From Rikenellaceae bacterium (GTDB taxonomy: Bacteria; Bacteroidota; Bacteroidia; Bacteroidales; Rikenellaceae), in NCBI GenBank assembly GCA_044433415.1, contig JAWXTP010000002.1, positions 5,041-69,040 on the forward strand: a stretch of 64,000 nt of DNA. The letters are read 5' to 3'. Positions 37,712 to 48,598 of this stretch are shown piece by piece (positions within the stretch are counted from its first letter, which is position 1; every line of letters starts with the position of its first letter). The translations under genes were made by a program, and so were the position numbers. The notes under the pieces were generated by a model. The model made no database searches. It was not told where the DNA came from and saw nothing but the letters and a program-made list of their open reading frames with translations.

Positions 37712-38815
37712 TTAATATTCTTTATCTAACACTTGTCCTTTATCTATCACATACGAAAGATATTCACCTTTAATATTGCTTAAGATATTCTCTACCCTTA
37801 CCTTATTTGCATCTGTGATAAAAATCTGACCAAATCGCTCCTCAGAAACTAGGTTTATTAATTTCTCTACCCTCTCCAAATCCAGTTTATCAAATATATC
37901 ATCTAATAACAAAATAGGTTTAAAGGATTTATGGTTTGCAATTATATTGAACTGCGCAAGTTTTAATGCTATCAGAAACGACTTCTGTTGTCCTTGCGAA
38001 CCATATTTACGTATTGAGTAACTATCTATCTTAAAGTCTATATTATCTCTATGTATACCTGCTGTTGTATATCCCATTATTTTATCTTTTTCGATAATAG
38101 AAGCAAACAACTCCTGAGCACTCTGAGATTCTAACGCACTTTTATAGTCAATCTCAATATCTTTATCATCCGAAGAAATTTCTCTATAATAACTATTTAC
38201 AATAGGTGTTATATCTTTTATAAATTCTTTACGTCTTTTATAAATAAAATCCGAGAAACTAGCCATCTGCATATCTATTACTTCTAAGACCTCATAATTT
38301 ATACTATAAGGGTCTTTTAGGAGTTTATTCCTTTGAGCTAACAAACCATTATATCTAACTAGAGAACTTAAGTAATCTTTATCTATCTGCGAAATAAAAG
38401 AATTTATAAAACGTCTCCTTTCTTCTGAAGCATCATTTATTAAATTCACATCTGAAGGAGATATCATAACCACAGGTAATAAACCTATATGTTCTGACAG
38501 TCGTTGATATTCCTTATTAGCTCGTTTCAAAACCTTACCTTTTGAACGAGAATAACTACAAGTAATATTCTCTATTTTTTCATCAACAAAGCAATATTCA
38601 CCCTCTAATAAGAAAAAATCCTTACCGTGATTAACACACTGTAAATCACTCAAACCAACAGAACTTTTACAAAGCGAAAGATAATGGATAGCATCAATAA
38701 TATTAGTCTTCCCCGCACCGTTCAAACCCGTAAAACAGTTAATATTTGGGCAAAAATTAAGAGAAATACTAACCAAGTTCTTAAAATTAACAATATTTAT
38801 TTTTTCTAAGTACAT
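37712..38815 (-). CDS. recF: DNA replication and repair protein RecF
   Basis: It has Walker A GLNGAGKTN, the signature GSQGQQKS and Walker B LLLDDIFDKLD. Confidence 0.95.
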   Translation of the reverse strand: MYLEKINIVNFKNLVSISLNFCPNINCFTGLNGAGKTNIIDAIHYLSLCKSSVGLSDLQCVNHGKDFFLLEGEYCFVDEKIENITCSYSRSKGKVLKRANKEYQRLSEHIGLLPVVMISPSDVNLINDASEERRRFINSFISQIDKDYLSSLVRYNGLLAQRNKLLKDPYSINYEVLEVIDMQMASFSDFIYKRRKEFIKDITPIVNSYYREISSDDKDIEIDYKSALESQSAQELFASIIEKDKIMGYTTAGIHRDNIDFKIDSYSIRKYGSQGQQKSFLIALKLAQFNIIANHKSFKPILLLDDIFDKLDLERVEKLINLVSEERFGQIFITDANKVRVENILSNIKGEYLSYVIDKGQVLDKEY

Positions 38816-39031
38816 AGACTGTATATTATTGATTTAAAATAAATTAACTAGTACATTTAACACTAATTTAGGTCTTTTACCAAAGAAACCTATCACAAAA
38901 ATATAATAAAAATTTGTGAAAATGTTTTATTTACGATAAAAAGATTTATTTTTGTGATGTTAAAAAAGGAAAGTTATACGCTTTTCGCAAGGAGAAATTA
39001 GAATTAATAATAAAACTTATACATATATTTT

Positions 39032-39727
39032 ATGTCAAACAAAGTCCAAAAAAAACAAGTAGAAGATCCAGAAGAAGTAATTGAAGCAGCTATTGATTCA
39101 ACACAGGGATTTATTCAGAAAAATTTAAAACAATTGTCTATAGGTGTAGGCGGTGTAACAATTGTAGTATGCGCTATTTTCGCGTATATCTATCTTGTTT
39201 CTATGCCTCGCGAAGTGAAAGCATCTTCTGAGATGTATGTAGCACAACAAATGTTCGCTATAGATTCATTTGCCGTTGCTCTTAATGGTTCAGCATCAAA
39301 CAAAGGTTTCCTTGATATCGCTGACGAATATTCTTCAACAAAAGTTGGCAACATCGCTAACCACTACGCTGGTGTTTGTTACATGCAAATGGGTGAATAC
39401 GAAAACGCTATTGCTTACCTTGCAAAATACAACACTGTTAAAGGTTTAGCTTCAGAAGTTATCAACGCTCAAAACATAGGTCTTAGAGGTGATGCAAATG
39501 TTCAACTTGGCAAATTCGAAGAAGCTCTTAGCGCATTCGTAAAAGCTGCAACTATCTCTGACAATACTTTTACAACTCCTATGTACTACAAAAAAGCTGG
39601 TGTTGTAGCTGAGAAACTAGGTAAAAAAGAAAAAGCATTAGAATATTATACTATAATCAAAAATCAATACCCTGCTGCTATCGAAAGTAGAGATATTGAC
39701 AAATATATTGGTAAAGTATCATACTAA
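39032..39727 (+). CDS. Membrane-anchored tetratricopeptide-repeat protein
   Basis: A single TM (GVTIVVCAIFAYIYLV) is followed by TPR-like A/Y/G periodicity (HYAGVCYMQMGEYENAIAYL). Confidence 0.7.
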   Translation: MSNKVQKKQVEDPEEVIEAAIDSTQGFIQKNLKQLSIGVGGVTIVVCAIFAYIYLVSMPREVKASSEMYVAQQMFAIDSFAVALNGSASNKGFLDIADEYSSTKVGNIANHYAGVCYMQMGEYENAIAYLAKYNTVKGLASEVINAQNIGLRGDANVQLGKFEEALSAFVKAATISDNTFTTPMYYKKAGVVAEKLGKKEKALEYYTIIKNQYPAAIESRDIDKYIGKVSY

Positions 39728-39761
39728 TAGCCTATCTTAGAGATATTTTAGACTTTAATAG

Positions 39762-39789
39762 AGCTCCTGTCTTGAATAAGATAGGAGCT
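39762..39789 (+). terminator. Terminator after the TPR gene
   Basis: AGCTCCTGTCTT pairs with AAGATAGGAGCT around a GAAT loop, followed by TTATTTGTTT. Confidence 0.65.
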
Positions 39790-39853
39790 TTATTTGTTTA
39801 TAAAAAGAAAATAGTATACTTTTACATCATAAATCAAATAATAACATATAAAT

Positions 39854-40345
39854 ATGGCATCATCATTAAAAAATCTTTCAGATTTCGAAGCTCCAGTACC
39901 TTCAGCTGAAGGCTATAAATTTGCTATCGCTGTAGCAGACTGGAACACTCCTATAACTTCTAAGTTACTAGATGGCGCAGTGAGTTTATTACTTAAACAA
40001 GGCGCTAAAGAAGAAGATATTATCGTAAAACACGTTCCTGGAACATTTGAACTTACTGTAGCTGCAAAATGGTTAGCAGACAACACCTCAGCAGATGCTG
40101 TAATCGTTTTAGGTTGCGTTATTCAAGGCGAAACTAGACACTTTGACTTCATTTGTGATGCTGTTTCTAACGGTGTAACAAACGTTGCTCTACAGTCTAA
40201 TAAGCCTGTTATTTTCGGGGTTCTAACTCCTAACGATGCTCAACAAGCAGAAGATAGAGCTGGTGGCAAACACGGCAATAAAGGCGAAGAAGCAGGCGCT
40301 ACTGCTATACGCATGGCAGAACTAAGAAAAGAATTAATGTTCTAA
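39854..40345 (+). CDS. ribH: 6,7-dimethyl-8-ribityllumazine synthase
   Basis: The protein is 163 aa and carries VPGTFELTVAA and VIVLGCVIQGETRHFDF(IC), which are typical RibH motifs. Confidence 0.95.
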   Translation: MASSLKNLSDFEAPVPSAEGYKFAIAVADWNTPITSKLLDGAVSLLLKQGAKEEDIIVKHVPGTFELTVAAKWLADNTSADAVIVLGCVIQGETRHFDFICDAVSNGVTNVALQSNKPVIFGVLTPNDAQQAEDRAGGKHGNKGEEAGATAIRMAELRKELMF

Positions 40346-40376
40346 CAGCCTTATTTCAGGAAACTTCTAAAAATTT

Positions 40377-40418
40377 AAAAGCTGAATCTATTTGCATTTA
40401 CAAACGGATTCAGCTTTT
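40377..40418. terminator. Bidirectional terminator between ribH (+) and lon (-)
   Basis: AAAAGCTGAATC pairs with GATTCAGCTTTT in a 12-bp stem. It is preceded by a REP-like half-site, GGAAACTTCTAAAAA, at 40359-40373. Confidence 0.8.
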
Positions 40419-40442
40419 ACTTTATAAGTTAACTAAAGACTG

Positions 40443-42869
40443 TTAATCAATGATATACGCCAACTTTAACACGTCAGTCAAAGTTCTTGCATAGTGTATT
40501 TCAACACCTTTTAGGTACTCTTGTTTAATCTCTGAAATATCTTTCTTATTATCAACACTTACGATAATATCAGTAATCCCAGCTCTCTTAGCAGCTAACA
40601 ATTTCTCTCTAAGACCACCCACAGGAAGCACTTTTCCACGTAAGGTTGTCTCACCTGTCATAGCTAATTTTTCACGTACCTTTTTACCTGTAAGCAATGA
40701 TGTTAGTGAAGTAACCATTGTTATACCTGCCGAAGGACCATCTTTTGGGATAGCGCCCTCTGGAACATGTATGTGGATTTCATTATTCTCAAAAATCTCA
40801 GATGCTATACCTAATCCATCAGCATGTGCCTTAACCCATTGTAGGGCAATAGCCGCAGATTCTTTCATAACATCGCCTAGGTTACCAGTAATCTTAAGGC
40901 CACCTTTGCCCTTATTCATACTAGACTCAATAAATAGAATATCACCACCTACAGCAGTCCATGCTAGACCTGTAACGATACCTGGCACATCGTTTCCTTC
41001 GTAAATATCGCTAACATAACGTGGCACGCCTAATATTTCTTCTACACTTGCAGCAGTAATAGGAGCTTTAAATGTTTCCTCGAAACCTATCTGTTTAGCT
41101 CTATGTCTTACTATCTTAGCAATTCTCTTATCAAGAGTACGAACACCCGACTCACGAGTATACTCAGAAATAATCTTTGTCATTACAGCCTCATTAATAG
41201 ACAGCTCTCTAGCTTTCACACCATGAGCAACAAGCTGTTTAGGAACAAGGTGTTTTTTAGCTATCTGAACCTTGTCTTCTAACAAGTAACCCGATACATC
41301 TATCATCTCCATACGGTCTCTAAGAGCTGTAGAAATAGTGCTTATATCATTTGCTGTAGCAATAAATAGCACTTTAGACAAGTCATACTCTATATCTAGG
41401 TAGTTATCATGGAAAGTGCTGTTTTGTTCAGGGTCTAACACCTCAAGTAAAGCAGCTGAAGGGTCTCCATGATTTGAACGTGTAACCTTATCTATCTCGT
41501 CAAGAATAATAACAGGGTTTGAAGAACCACACTTACGGATAGTTTGGATTATACGTCCACACATAGCTCCGATATAAGTTTTACGGTGACCTCTAATTTC
41601 AGCCTCATCATGAAGACCTCCTAAAGAGATACGTCCATACTTACGTTTCAAAGCCGCTGCCACACTTTTACCTAGGGATGTTTTACCAACACCTGGAGGG
41701 CCATAAAGACAAAGGATAGGGGATTTTAAATCACCTTTAAGTTTTAGGACAGCAAGGTGTTCTAGGATTCTATCTTTTACTTCGTCAAGACCAAAGTGGT
41801 CAGCATCTAAGCGTTTCTTAGCGCGTTTTAGATCTAAGTTATCTTTTGTTGTGTAGTCCCAAGGTAAATCCAACATCAGTTGAAGGTAGTTCATCTGAAC
41901 AGAATATTCAGCAACCGCAGGATTCATTCTCTCTAGCTTATTAAGCTCTTTATAGAAAGTTTCTAAGACTTCGTAGCTCCACTTTTTCTTCATGGCTTTT
42001 TCACGAAGCTCATCTATCTCTCGATCACTAGCATCACCACCTAACTCCTCTTGTAGAGTTCTCATTTGTTGTTGTAGATAGTAATCTCTTTGCTGAGCAT
42101 CAATATCTTGCTTAACTTTTTGCTGAATCTCATTTTTCAGGTTCAACATCTGTTGTTCTTTTACTAGGATTTCTAGTAAACGTTGAGAACGTATCAGTAA
42201 ACCTGGTGCTTCAAGTAGATTTTGACGGTCTACATTTGAGAACTCAAAGTTTGAACTTATAAAGTTGATAAGACCTTGTTTAGTGTCTATGTTTTTAATC
42301 GCAAAAGATGCTTCTTTAGGGATGGTAGGATTGATAGAGATAATATTGATAGCAATATCCTTAATAGTTTCTACTAAAGCCTCAAAAGCCATATCTTCCG
42401 ATGCAGGAACGATATCATTTAACGGAATTATGTTAGCTGTAAAGAAAGGTTCAGTAGAAGTAAACTCACCTAGTTCAAATTTCTTATGTCCTTGAAGAAT
42501 AACAGTTAGATTACCATTAGGCATCTCTAGAACTTTTAAAATTGTAGCAGCAGTACCTATTTTAAATAGGTCTTCTGGTTCTACATTTTCAATTTCAACA
42601 TCTCTTTGTAGCACAGCACCAAGCATACCTCCACTTTGCTCTACTTCTCGTATCAACTTCATTGATTTTGCACGACCAACAGTGATAGGAGTTATAGCGC
42701 CTGGGAATAACACAGAGTTTCTCAATGCTAAAATTGGCAATGCGTCCTGCAATTCTACTGTATCATCTGTTTCGTTTGATGATATAATAGGAATAACAGC
42801 AGTTTTTGCATCTAGCAAATCTGATATGCTAGATAAATCGTCTTTTAATGATGTATGTTTTTTTTTCAT
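40443..42869 (-). CDS. lon: ATP-dependent Lon protease
   Basis: It has Walker A GPPGVGKTS and the protease Ser in KDGPSAGITM. Length is 808 aa. Confidence 0.97.
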   Translation of the reverse strand: MKKKHTSLKDDLSSISDLLDAKTAVIPIISSNETDDTVELQDALPILALRNSVLFPGAITPITVGRAKSMKLIREVEQSGGMLGAVLQRDVEIENVEPEDLFKIGTAATILKVLEMPNGNLTVILQGHKKFELGEFTSTEPFFTANIIPLNDIVPASEDMAFEALVETIKDIAINIISINPTIPKEASFAIKNIDTKQGLINFISSNFEFSNVDRQNLLEAPGLLIRSQRLLEILVKEQQMLNLKNEIQQKVKQDIDAQQRDYYLQQQMRTLQEELGGDASDREIDELREKAMKKKWSYEVLETFYKELNKLERMNPAVAEYSVQMNYLQLMLDLPWDYTTKDNLDLKRAKKRLDADHFGLDEVKDRILEHLAVLKLKGDLKSPILCLYGPPGVGKTSLGKSVAAALKRKYGRISLGGLHDEAEIRGHRKTYIGAMCGRIIQTIRKCGSSNPVIILDEIDKVTRSNHGDPSAALLEVLDPEQNSTFHDNYLDIEYDLSKVLFIATANDISTISTALRDRMEMIDVSGYLLEDKVQIAKKHLVPKQLVAHGVKARELSINEAVMTKIISEYTRESGVRTLDKRIAKIVRHRAKQIGFEETFKAPITAASVEEILGVPRYVSDIYEGNDVPGIVTGLAWTAVGGDILFIESSMNKGKGGLKITGNLGDVMKESAAIALQWVKAHADGLGIASEIFENNEIHIHVPEGAIPKDGPSAGITMVTSLTSLLTGKKVREKLAMTGETTLRGKVLPVGGLREKLLAAKRAGITDIIVSVDNKKDISEIKQEYLKGVEIHYARTLTDVLKLAYIID

Positions 42870-43290
42870 ATTTTACTTATATTCCCCCTCATTTTTCAGT
42901 AACATTTACAAAAAAACAATATACCAAGGGGCTTAATGTTATTAAAATCACGGCTGTAATTAATATATATTAATTATATTCTCTCTAGAAATTCAATAAC
43001 TACACACCGAATTTACAAAAATAGTCTATAATCATTTATTATGCAAATTAGATGCAATAACAATTAACATTTTTTATTATTTTATCACCGATTCTTACAA
43101 AAAAAATATTATTATACAGACTAATAGCTACATCGTAAGAACGTTCTAAAAGCTATTATTATTACTGTCTAGCCTTGATATTATGAGTGTATAGAGTGTA
43201 CGTATAACCAAAATCTAACAATAATTTTATTAGATATTTTTTCCTCAAAAAAAAACTCAAAAACTTCAAGTTTTGGAATTTAGCTTCTAA

Positions 43291-43310
43291 AATTATGAAA
43301 AATTATGAAA
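43291..43310. repeat. Tandem decamer AATTATGAAA x2
   Basis: Read directly from the sequence. It lies 17 nt upstream of the valS -7 box. Confidence 0.7.
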
Positions 43311-43326
43311 ATTTAATTTTATGAGC

Positions 43327-43334
43327 TATATTTG
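43327..43334 (+). promoter_or_regulatory. -7 box TAtaTTTG upstream of valS
   Basis: TATATTTG lies 42 nt before ATG 43376. Confidence 0.5.
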
Positions 43335-43375
43335 TGGGTTAAAAAAATAGATTTAAATAATCAAAATAATATAAA

Positions 43376-46009
43376 ATGGAAATTCAAGCAAAGTATGACC
43401 CGTCTTTAAGTGAAGACAAGTGGTACAGTTATTGGTTAGAGAACGACCTATTCGCTTCTAAACCTGACAATAGAGAACCTTACACTATCGTAATACCTCC
43501 ACCTAACGTAACAGGAGTATTACACATGGGACATATGCTTAACAATACTATTCAAGACGTATTAGTGCGCCGTGCTCGTATGATGGGGAAAAATGCGTGT
43601 TGGGTTCCTGGAACAGACCACGCTTCTATTGCTACAGAGGCTAAAGTTGTTCAGAAACTTAGCGCTGAGGGCATAGACAAAGCCTCTTTAACAAGAGAGG
43701 AGTTTTTAAGTCACGCTTGGGAGTGGAAAGAAAAACATGGTGGAATTATCCTAGAACAACTTAAAAAATTAGGTGCTTCTTGCGACTGGTCAAGAACTAA
43801 ATTCACTATGGATGAACCTATGAGTGAAAGTGTTATTAAAGTTTTCTGTGACTTATTCGAGAAAGGTTTAATTTACCGTGGCGTAAGAATGGTTAACTGG
43901 GATCCTCAAGCCCTTACTGCTCTTTCTGACGAAGAGGTTATTTATCAAGAGGTTAACTCAAAACTATACTACCTTAAATATTTTGTTGAAGGCTCTGACG
44001 AATATTTAACAGTTGCAACTACACGTCCTGAGACTATCTTAGGTGACACTGCTGTATGTATCAACCCTGATGACGAAAGATACAAACACCTAGTAGGCAA
44101 GCGTGTTATTGTTCCTTTAATCAACCGTTCTATTCCTATCATTGTTGACTCTTATGTTGATATTGAGTTTGGTACAGGTGCTCTAAAGGTAACTCCTGCA
44201 CATGATGTTAATGACTACATGTTAGGTGAAAAATACAACCTAGAAACTATAGATATTTTCAATGACAATGGTACTATCAATGACAAAGTAGGTTTCTATG
44301 TAGGTCTTGATCGTTTTGAGGTACGTGAACTTATCGACAAAGACCTTACAGAGGCTAACTTAATGGAAAAAGTTGAAGCATACACTAACAAAGTAGGTCT
44401 TTCAGAGCGTACTTCTGCTGTTATTGAGCCTAAATTATCTATGCAATGGTTTATGAAAATGGAAGACATTTCAAAACCTGCTCTTAGTGCTGTAATGGAT
44501 GATGTTATTAAACTTGTTCCTGCGAAATTCAAAAATACTTACCGTCACTGGATGGAGAACGTAAAAGACTGGTGTGTTTCTCGTCAACTATGGTGGGGTC
44601 AACAAATTCCAGCTTACTATCTTCCTGAGGGTGGTTATGTGGTTGCTGAGACTCCTGAGTTAGCTCTTGAAAAAGCTAAAGCAAAAACAGGTAACGCTGA
44701 GCTTACTATTGCTGATTTAAGACAAGACCCAGACGTTCTTGATACATGGTTCTCATCTTGGTTATGGCCTATTTCTGTATTTGATGGTATTAGAAACCCT
44801 GAAAATGAGGAGATAAAATATTACTATCCTACAAATGACTTAGTTACAGCTCCTGAGATTTTATTCTTCTGGGTTGCACGTATGATTATTGCAGGTTACG
44901 AATATAGAGGCGAAATGCCTTTCTCTAACGTATACTTAACAGGTATAGTACGTGATAAACTTCGTCGTAAGATGAGTAAATCACTAGGTAACTCTCCAGA
45001 CCCATTAGATTTAATTGCTAAATATGGTGCTGACAGCGTACGTATGGCTATGATGTTATGTTCGGGAGCTGGTAATGACCTTATGTTTGATGAATCTCTT
45101 ATTGACCAAGGTCGTAACTTCGGTAACAAAATATGGAATGCATTTAGACTTGTTAACTCATGGACAGTTTCTGAAACAGAAGCTCAACCTGAAAGTTCTA
45201 AAATTGCAGTTGAATGGTTTGACTCTATCTTAAACAAATCTATTGAAGAGATAGAAGAAAACTTCAATAGCTACCGTATTTCTGAGGCTTTAATGCAAAT
45301 CTATAAACTATTCTGGGATGAATTCTCAGGTTGGTATTTAGAGATGATAAAACCTGCTTACGGTTCACCTATAGATGCTGCGACACTTAAAGCTACTATT
45401 GGCTACTTAGATAAACTATTAAAACTTTTACATCCATTTATGCCATTTATCACAGAAGAAATCTGGCACATTATCGCTGAGCGTAAAGATGGTGAAAGTA
45501 TCATGGTTGAGTCTATGCCTAGAAACGAAAGTTACAACGAAACTTTATTAAAAGATATAGAGTTAACTAAGGAAGCTATTTCTGCTATACGTAACATCCG
45601 TAAGGATAAAAACATCCCTCAAAAAGAGGCTTTAGAGCTTAAAGTACTAGAAAATGAGGCTTTCAACACAACTAACAACCCTATTTTAGTAAAAATGGGT
45701 AACCTAGAAAGTGTTGAGATGGTTAATGATAAAGTTGCAGGTGCTCTTTCTTTCATTGTTAAGACTACAGAATATTATGTTCCTATGTCTAGCAACATCA
45801 ATGTTGAAGAGGAGATAGAAAAACTTACAGCTGAATTAAAATACGCTGAAGGCTTCAAAGTTAGTGTTATGAAAAAGCTATCTAACGAGCGTTTTGTAAG
45901 TTCTGCACCTGAGAAAGTTGTTGCTATGGAGCGTACAAAACTTTCTGATGCTGAAAGTAAAATCAAGTCTCTAAATGAGCAAATTGAGCAACTTAAAGCA
46001 GCTAAATAA
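43376..46009 (+). CDS. valS: Valine--tRNA ligase
   Basis: It has the HIGH region [13 protein letters not shown], the KMSKS motif KMSKSLGN and a C-terminal coiled coil. Confidence 0.97.
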   Translation: MEIQAKYDPSLSEDKWYSYWLENDLFASKPDNREPYTIVIPPPNVTGVLHMGHMLNNTIQDVLVRRARMMGKNACWVPGTDHASIATEAKVVQKLSAEGIDKASLTREEFLSHAWEWKEKHGGIILEQLKKLGASCDWSRTKFTMDEPMSESVIKVFCDLFEKGLIYRGVRMVNWDPQALTALSDEEVIYQEVNSKLYYLKYFVEGSDEYLTVATTRPETILGDTAVCINPDDERYKHLVGKRVIVPLINRSIPIIVDSYVDIEFGTGALKVTPAHDVNDYMLGEKYNLETIDIFNDNGTINDKVGFYVGLDRFEVRELIDKDLTEANLMEKVEAYTNKVGLSERTSAVIEPKLSMQWFMKMEDISKPALSAVMDDVIKLVPAKFKNTYRHWMENVKDWCVSRQLWWGQQIPAYYLPEGGYVVAETPELALEKAKAKTGNAELTIADLRQDPDVLDTWFSSWLWPISVFDGIRNPENEEIKYYYPTNDLVTAPEILFFWVARMIIAGYEYRGEMPFSNVYLTGIVRDKLRRKMSKSLGNSPDPLDLIAKYGADSVRMAMMLCSGAGNDLMFDESLIDQGRNFGNKIWNAFRLVNSWTVSETEAQPESSKIAVEWFDSILNKSIEEIEENFNSYRISEALMQIYKLFWDEFSGWYLEMIKPAYGSPIDAATLKATIGYLDKLLKLLHPFMPFITEEIWHIIAERKDGESIMVESMPRNESYNETLLKDIELTKEAISAIRNIRKDKNIPQKEALELKVLENEAFNTTNNPILVKMGNLESVEMVNDKVAGALSFIVKTTEYYVPMSSNINVEEEIEKLTAELKYAEGFKVSVMKKLSNERFVSSAPEKVVAMERTKLSDAESKIKSLNEQIEQLKAAK

Positions 46010-46055
46010 GACTTTTAACATTCCTTTTCATTTGTGAATTGGGGTATAAATAAAA

Positions 46056-46101
46056 GGAGATAAACAGCAGACAATCACTATGATTACTATTGTTTATCTC
46101 C
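46056..46101 (+). terminator. Hairpin after valS
   Basis: GGAGATAAACA pairs with TGTTTATCTCC in an 11-bp stem with a 24-nt loop, followed by TTTAC. Confidence 0.55.
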
Positions 46102-46147
46102 TTTACTACTAAATATACAATTACAACTTTAAAACTCACTCTTCACC

Positions 46148-46747
46148 ATGTTAGATAACAAGACAGACCTAGAAAACGTATTTACGTGGATTGGTATTGA
46201 CGAAATAGCCGAATTTTGCAAACAGCATGCTTTAGTAAACAAGCAGTTAGCAGATGCACTTATTGCTAAGTTTGCAGGCTACAATGGAGATAGTGTTGAA
46301 GAAAGAATAAAAAATATAGACATAGAACTTGACAAGTGTTTTATGTACGTATTAAATGAACGCCACCCAAGAGAATATGCTCCTCACTTAGACTGGTCTA
46401 GAGTTGGACATAACCTATGGGCTTTAGCAAATAAAGGCGAATTAATGGTAAAAAAAGGATACGTAATAGAAAGCGTTCACCTTGCTATAGAAATGTTACG
46501 TAAAATTTCAGAAATGTATATTGAGGATGAAGTATGGAATGACACTGACTATGACGGTGATGATTTAAGTTCATCATACGCAATAAAGTTACTACACCTA
46601 GCAATTAACACAAATACACTAAATAACGAGGAAATAACTAAGGTACATAAAGATCTTAAAACAATAAACGAAATGGAAGCTAACACTAACTACGGTCTTA
46701 TGCACGCTGAAATAGAAAACACCATACAAACTATGTTAAAGCTATAG
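46148..46747 (+). CDS. Hypothetical cytoplasmic protein (199 aa)
   Basis: It is a clean ORF in an otherwise empty gap, acidic and predicted helical. I see no recognisable motif. Confidence 0.5.
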   Translation: MLDNKTDLENVFTWIGIDEIAEFCKQHALVNKQLADALIAKFAGYNGDSVEERIKNIDIELDKCFMYVLNERHPREYAPHLDWSRVGHNLWALANKGELMVKKGYVIESVHLAIEMLRKISEMYIEDEVWNDTDYDGDDLSSSYAIKLLHLAINTNTLNNEEITKVHKDLKTINEMEANTNYGLMHAEIENTIQTMLKL

Positions 46748-46870
46748 TGAGAATTGTGGCTGAACCCAATCGGATATTTTCGACAAATTCAGCCTTTCAA
46801 CACTCACATAACACCTTAGTACACATAGATTTACAACTACTTCAGTGTATTATCTTTCGTATTTATCGCT

Positions 46871-47158
46871 CTAGTTACTTTTATTTCTTTTAAGCCAAGC
46901 CACCGCATACGAGCAAGTAGCAGTAATTGCTAAGTCCTCTTTTATAGCATAGTTATAACATGCCTTTGTAAGCGCTGACGCTATACCTTGACCTTCAAGA
47001 GGTTTAGGCACATAAGTACTAGTAATTGTTAAGGTGCCTTCCTTAATACTATATAACACATAGGCTGTGAAATCCTGCACTTTAACAATAAACTTATGCT
47101 CTAGCTTATTGTGGTTTACCTCTAGTGCTTTCTCTTTGTTAGTTACTGATAATTCCAT
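46871..47158 (-). CDS. Small GNAT-like (YjdJ / Acetyltransf_CG type) protein
   Basis: The protein is 95 aa. PLEGQGIASALTKACYNYAIKEDLAITATCSYAVAWL matches the short GNAT-like family pattern. Confidence 0.7.
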   Translation of the reverse strand: MELSVTNKEKALEVNHNKLEHKFIVKVQDFTAYVLYSIKEGTLTITSTYVPKPLEGQGIASALTKACYNYAIKEDLAITATCSYAVAWLKRNKSN

Positions 47159-47210
47159 ATTTACATTTTTATTGGTAACGTTAGTCTTCTAATAATTTCA
47201 TTCAGTAAAG

Positions 47211-48386
47211 TTATTTTAATTTACCTATCATCACAACAGCATTACCCTCTTCATCCAAACTTGAAATCAGATTATCTATACGCTCACGTGTTGCAGAGTT
47301 CATATTAGCCTTTTGTTCTTCTGGGATACTTTCTAACTCTTCTACCAAAGTTGCTGCATCGTCATATCCTGTTATAAATATTCCGTCTGCATAACTAACA
47401 TTCTTTGTCACATCTAAGCCTAAATAATCATTAAACAACTTAAAATAACCACCTGTTAGGTTTTCTTTATTAACTATGACACCTCCTGGCAATAAATTTA
47501 TTGAAGCACCTACAATTTTACCATTCTTAGACTTCATTTTAAGTTCAGTAATTTCAGTTATATAGTATTTTGGTGTTTCAAAATAACTTCTCGCATGTGC
47601 TGTACCCTCATATTCTTTATTTTCATTTAAATGACTTACATTTAATGCAAATACAGGTTTTAAGGCATTATTATTTAATTTGTACAAGGAATCAGGGTTA
47701 TTTTTAAGGTTACTTAAACTTACACTTATCTCGCCTGCACATCTATTCATGCGGATTCCAAAATTTTCATCCTGATTATCATCTGCATAAATGTTAGCAA
47801 GCTCATTCCCCATAAAATCTTGTTTCCATAACATACGTTTTGTACGAAAGCCCGAAAATATAGTGATTTCTTTATCTTTTTCGTTTATATTTACCACAAT
47901 ATTAGAATTAGCTTCAAGTTCTTTTGCTAGTGGTAATGTTTCTTGAAATTTACCATCTAAACCATACTTGTTTATTTTACACCTATCTGCCACAGCAAAA
48001 ACAACACCGCTTGTTTCGCTAATATAAACATAAGAAATGCGTCTATACTCTCCATGCCCATTACCTATATCACCAATGCTAGAAATATATTTTCCAGTTT
48101 TTCTATTAAACAACATTATTTTTTGTTTAAAATTTGGTAAGGCTATATAGTTATCTGACAAGAAAACACTTGCATATTCCTCACAGTTTGCGCTATATTC
48201 TATATTGGAATCCAACTGAACAACCTCCAGGTCTTCAATTAGTTCAGACAAAGGCAACACTATATCATCCTTTAGGTCTTTAGTTTTAACTGATATTACA
48301 CCATTTTCTTCTGTCGCTACGACAACACCACTTTCTTAACATGAAAATAAAATCAGTGCAAAAAATAATAACAAAAATCTTCTCAT
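47211..48386 (-). pseudogene. BF3164-like 6-bladed beta-propeller lipoprotein gene interrupted by an in-frame TAA after the lipobox Cys
   Basis: My minus-strand translation from ATG 48386 gives MRRFLLLFFALILFSC, then TAA at 48338-48336, then in the same frame ESGVVVATEENGVISVKTKDLKDDIV, joining the track ORF (MLPLSELIEDLEVVQLD...). It aligns with the paralog at 61487-62668 (TACQTTPKKVATLENGIITANLKNFKDTVNLNLSDLIEDIEILQLD), with the stop opposite Gln. Confidence 0.75.
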
Positions 48387-48548
48387 TTCTTTAAGTTTTA
48401 AAAATAAATAAACTAATTACACTTACAAACATACACATTTATGGTTAATTATAAAAAAATAATTTAATTTTTCATATTTTTTATAGCCACAGTAGCTTTA
48501 TTCTGGGATTTTGTGATACTGAAACCATTGTATAATAACAAAATATAT

Positions 48549-48556
48549 TATCTTTG
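48549..48556 (+). promoter_or_regulatory. -7 box TAtcTTTG upstream of the GH2 gene
   Basis: TATCTTTG lies 43 nt before ATG 48599. The track's TTG start (48554) lies inside this box. Confidence 0.5.
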
Positions 48557-48598
48557 TATCAAGCTATTATAAACAATAAAAATCAAAATAAAATCAGA

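Noticed and set aside
40771-41004. Antisense or alternative-frame ORFs inside long genes (also 3744-4022, 6306-6575, 8231-8508, 9877-10107, 13757-13975, 15265-15489, 17776-18042, 20284-20508, 25639-25884, 42265-42495, 44296-44532, 49838-50113, 52246-52524, 53858-54202, 57097-57327, 61740-61958, 62223-62438)
   Set aside because: Each lies entirely within a strongly supported gene on the other strand or frame. They have low-complexity or odd composition and no independent start signals.
42870-43375. Chromosomal origin (oriC) in the AT-rich lon-valS gap, considered because rpmH, rnpA and recF are in the window
   Set aside because: I found no cluster of TTATCCACA-type DnaA boxes, only isolated 7/9 matches. 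The origin-associated genes here are scattered rather than forming a dnaA-dnaN region.
48554-48598. TTG start of the GH2 ORF; similarly 54964-55032 for the HAD gene
   Set aside because: Both extensions overlap the predicted -7 promoter boxes. The internal ATGs (48599 and 55033) give a proper signal peptide and the HAD motif I spacing.
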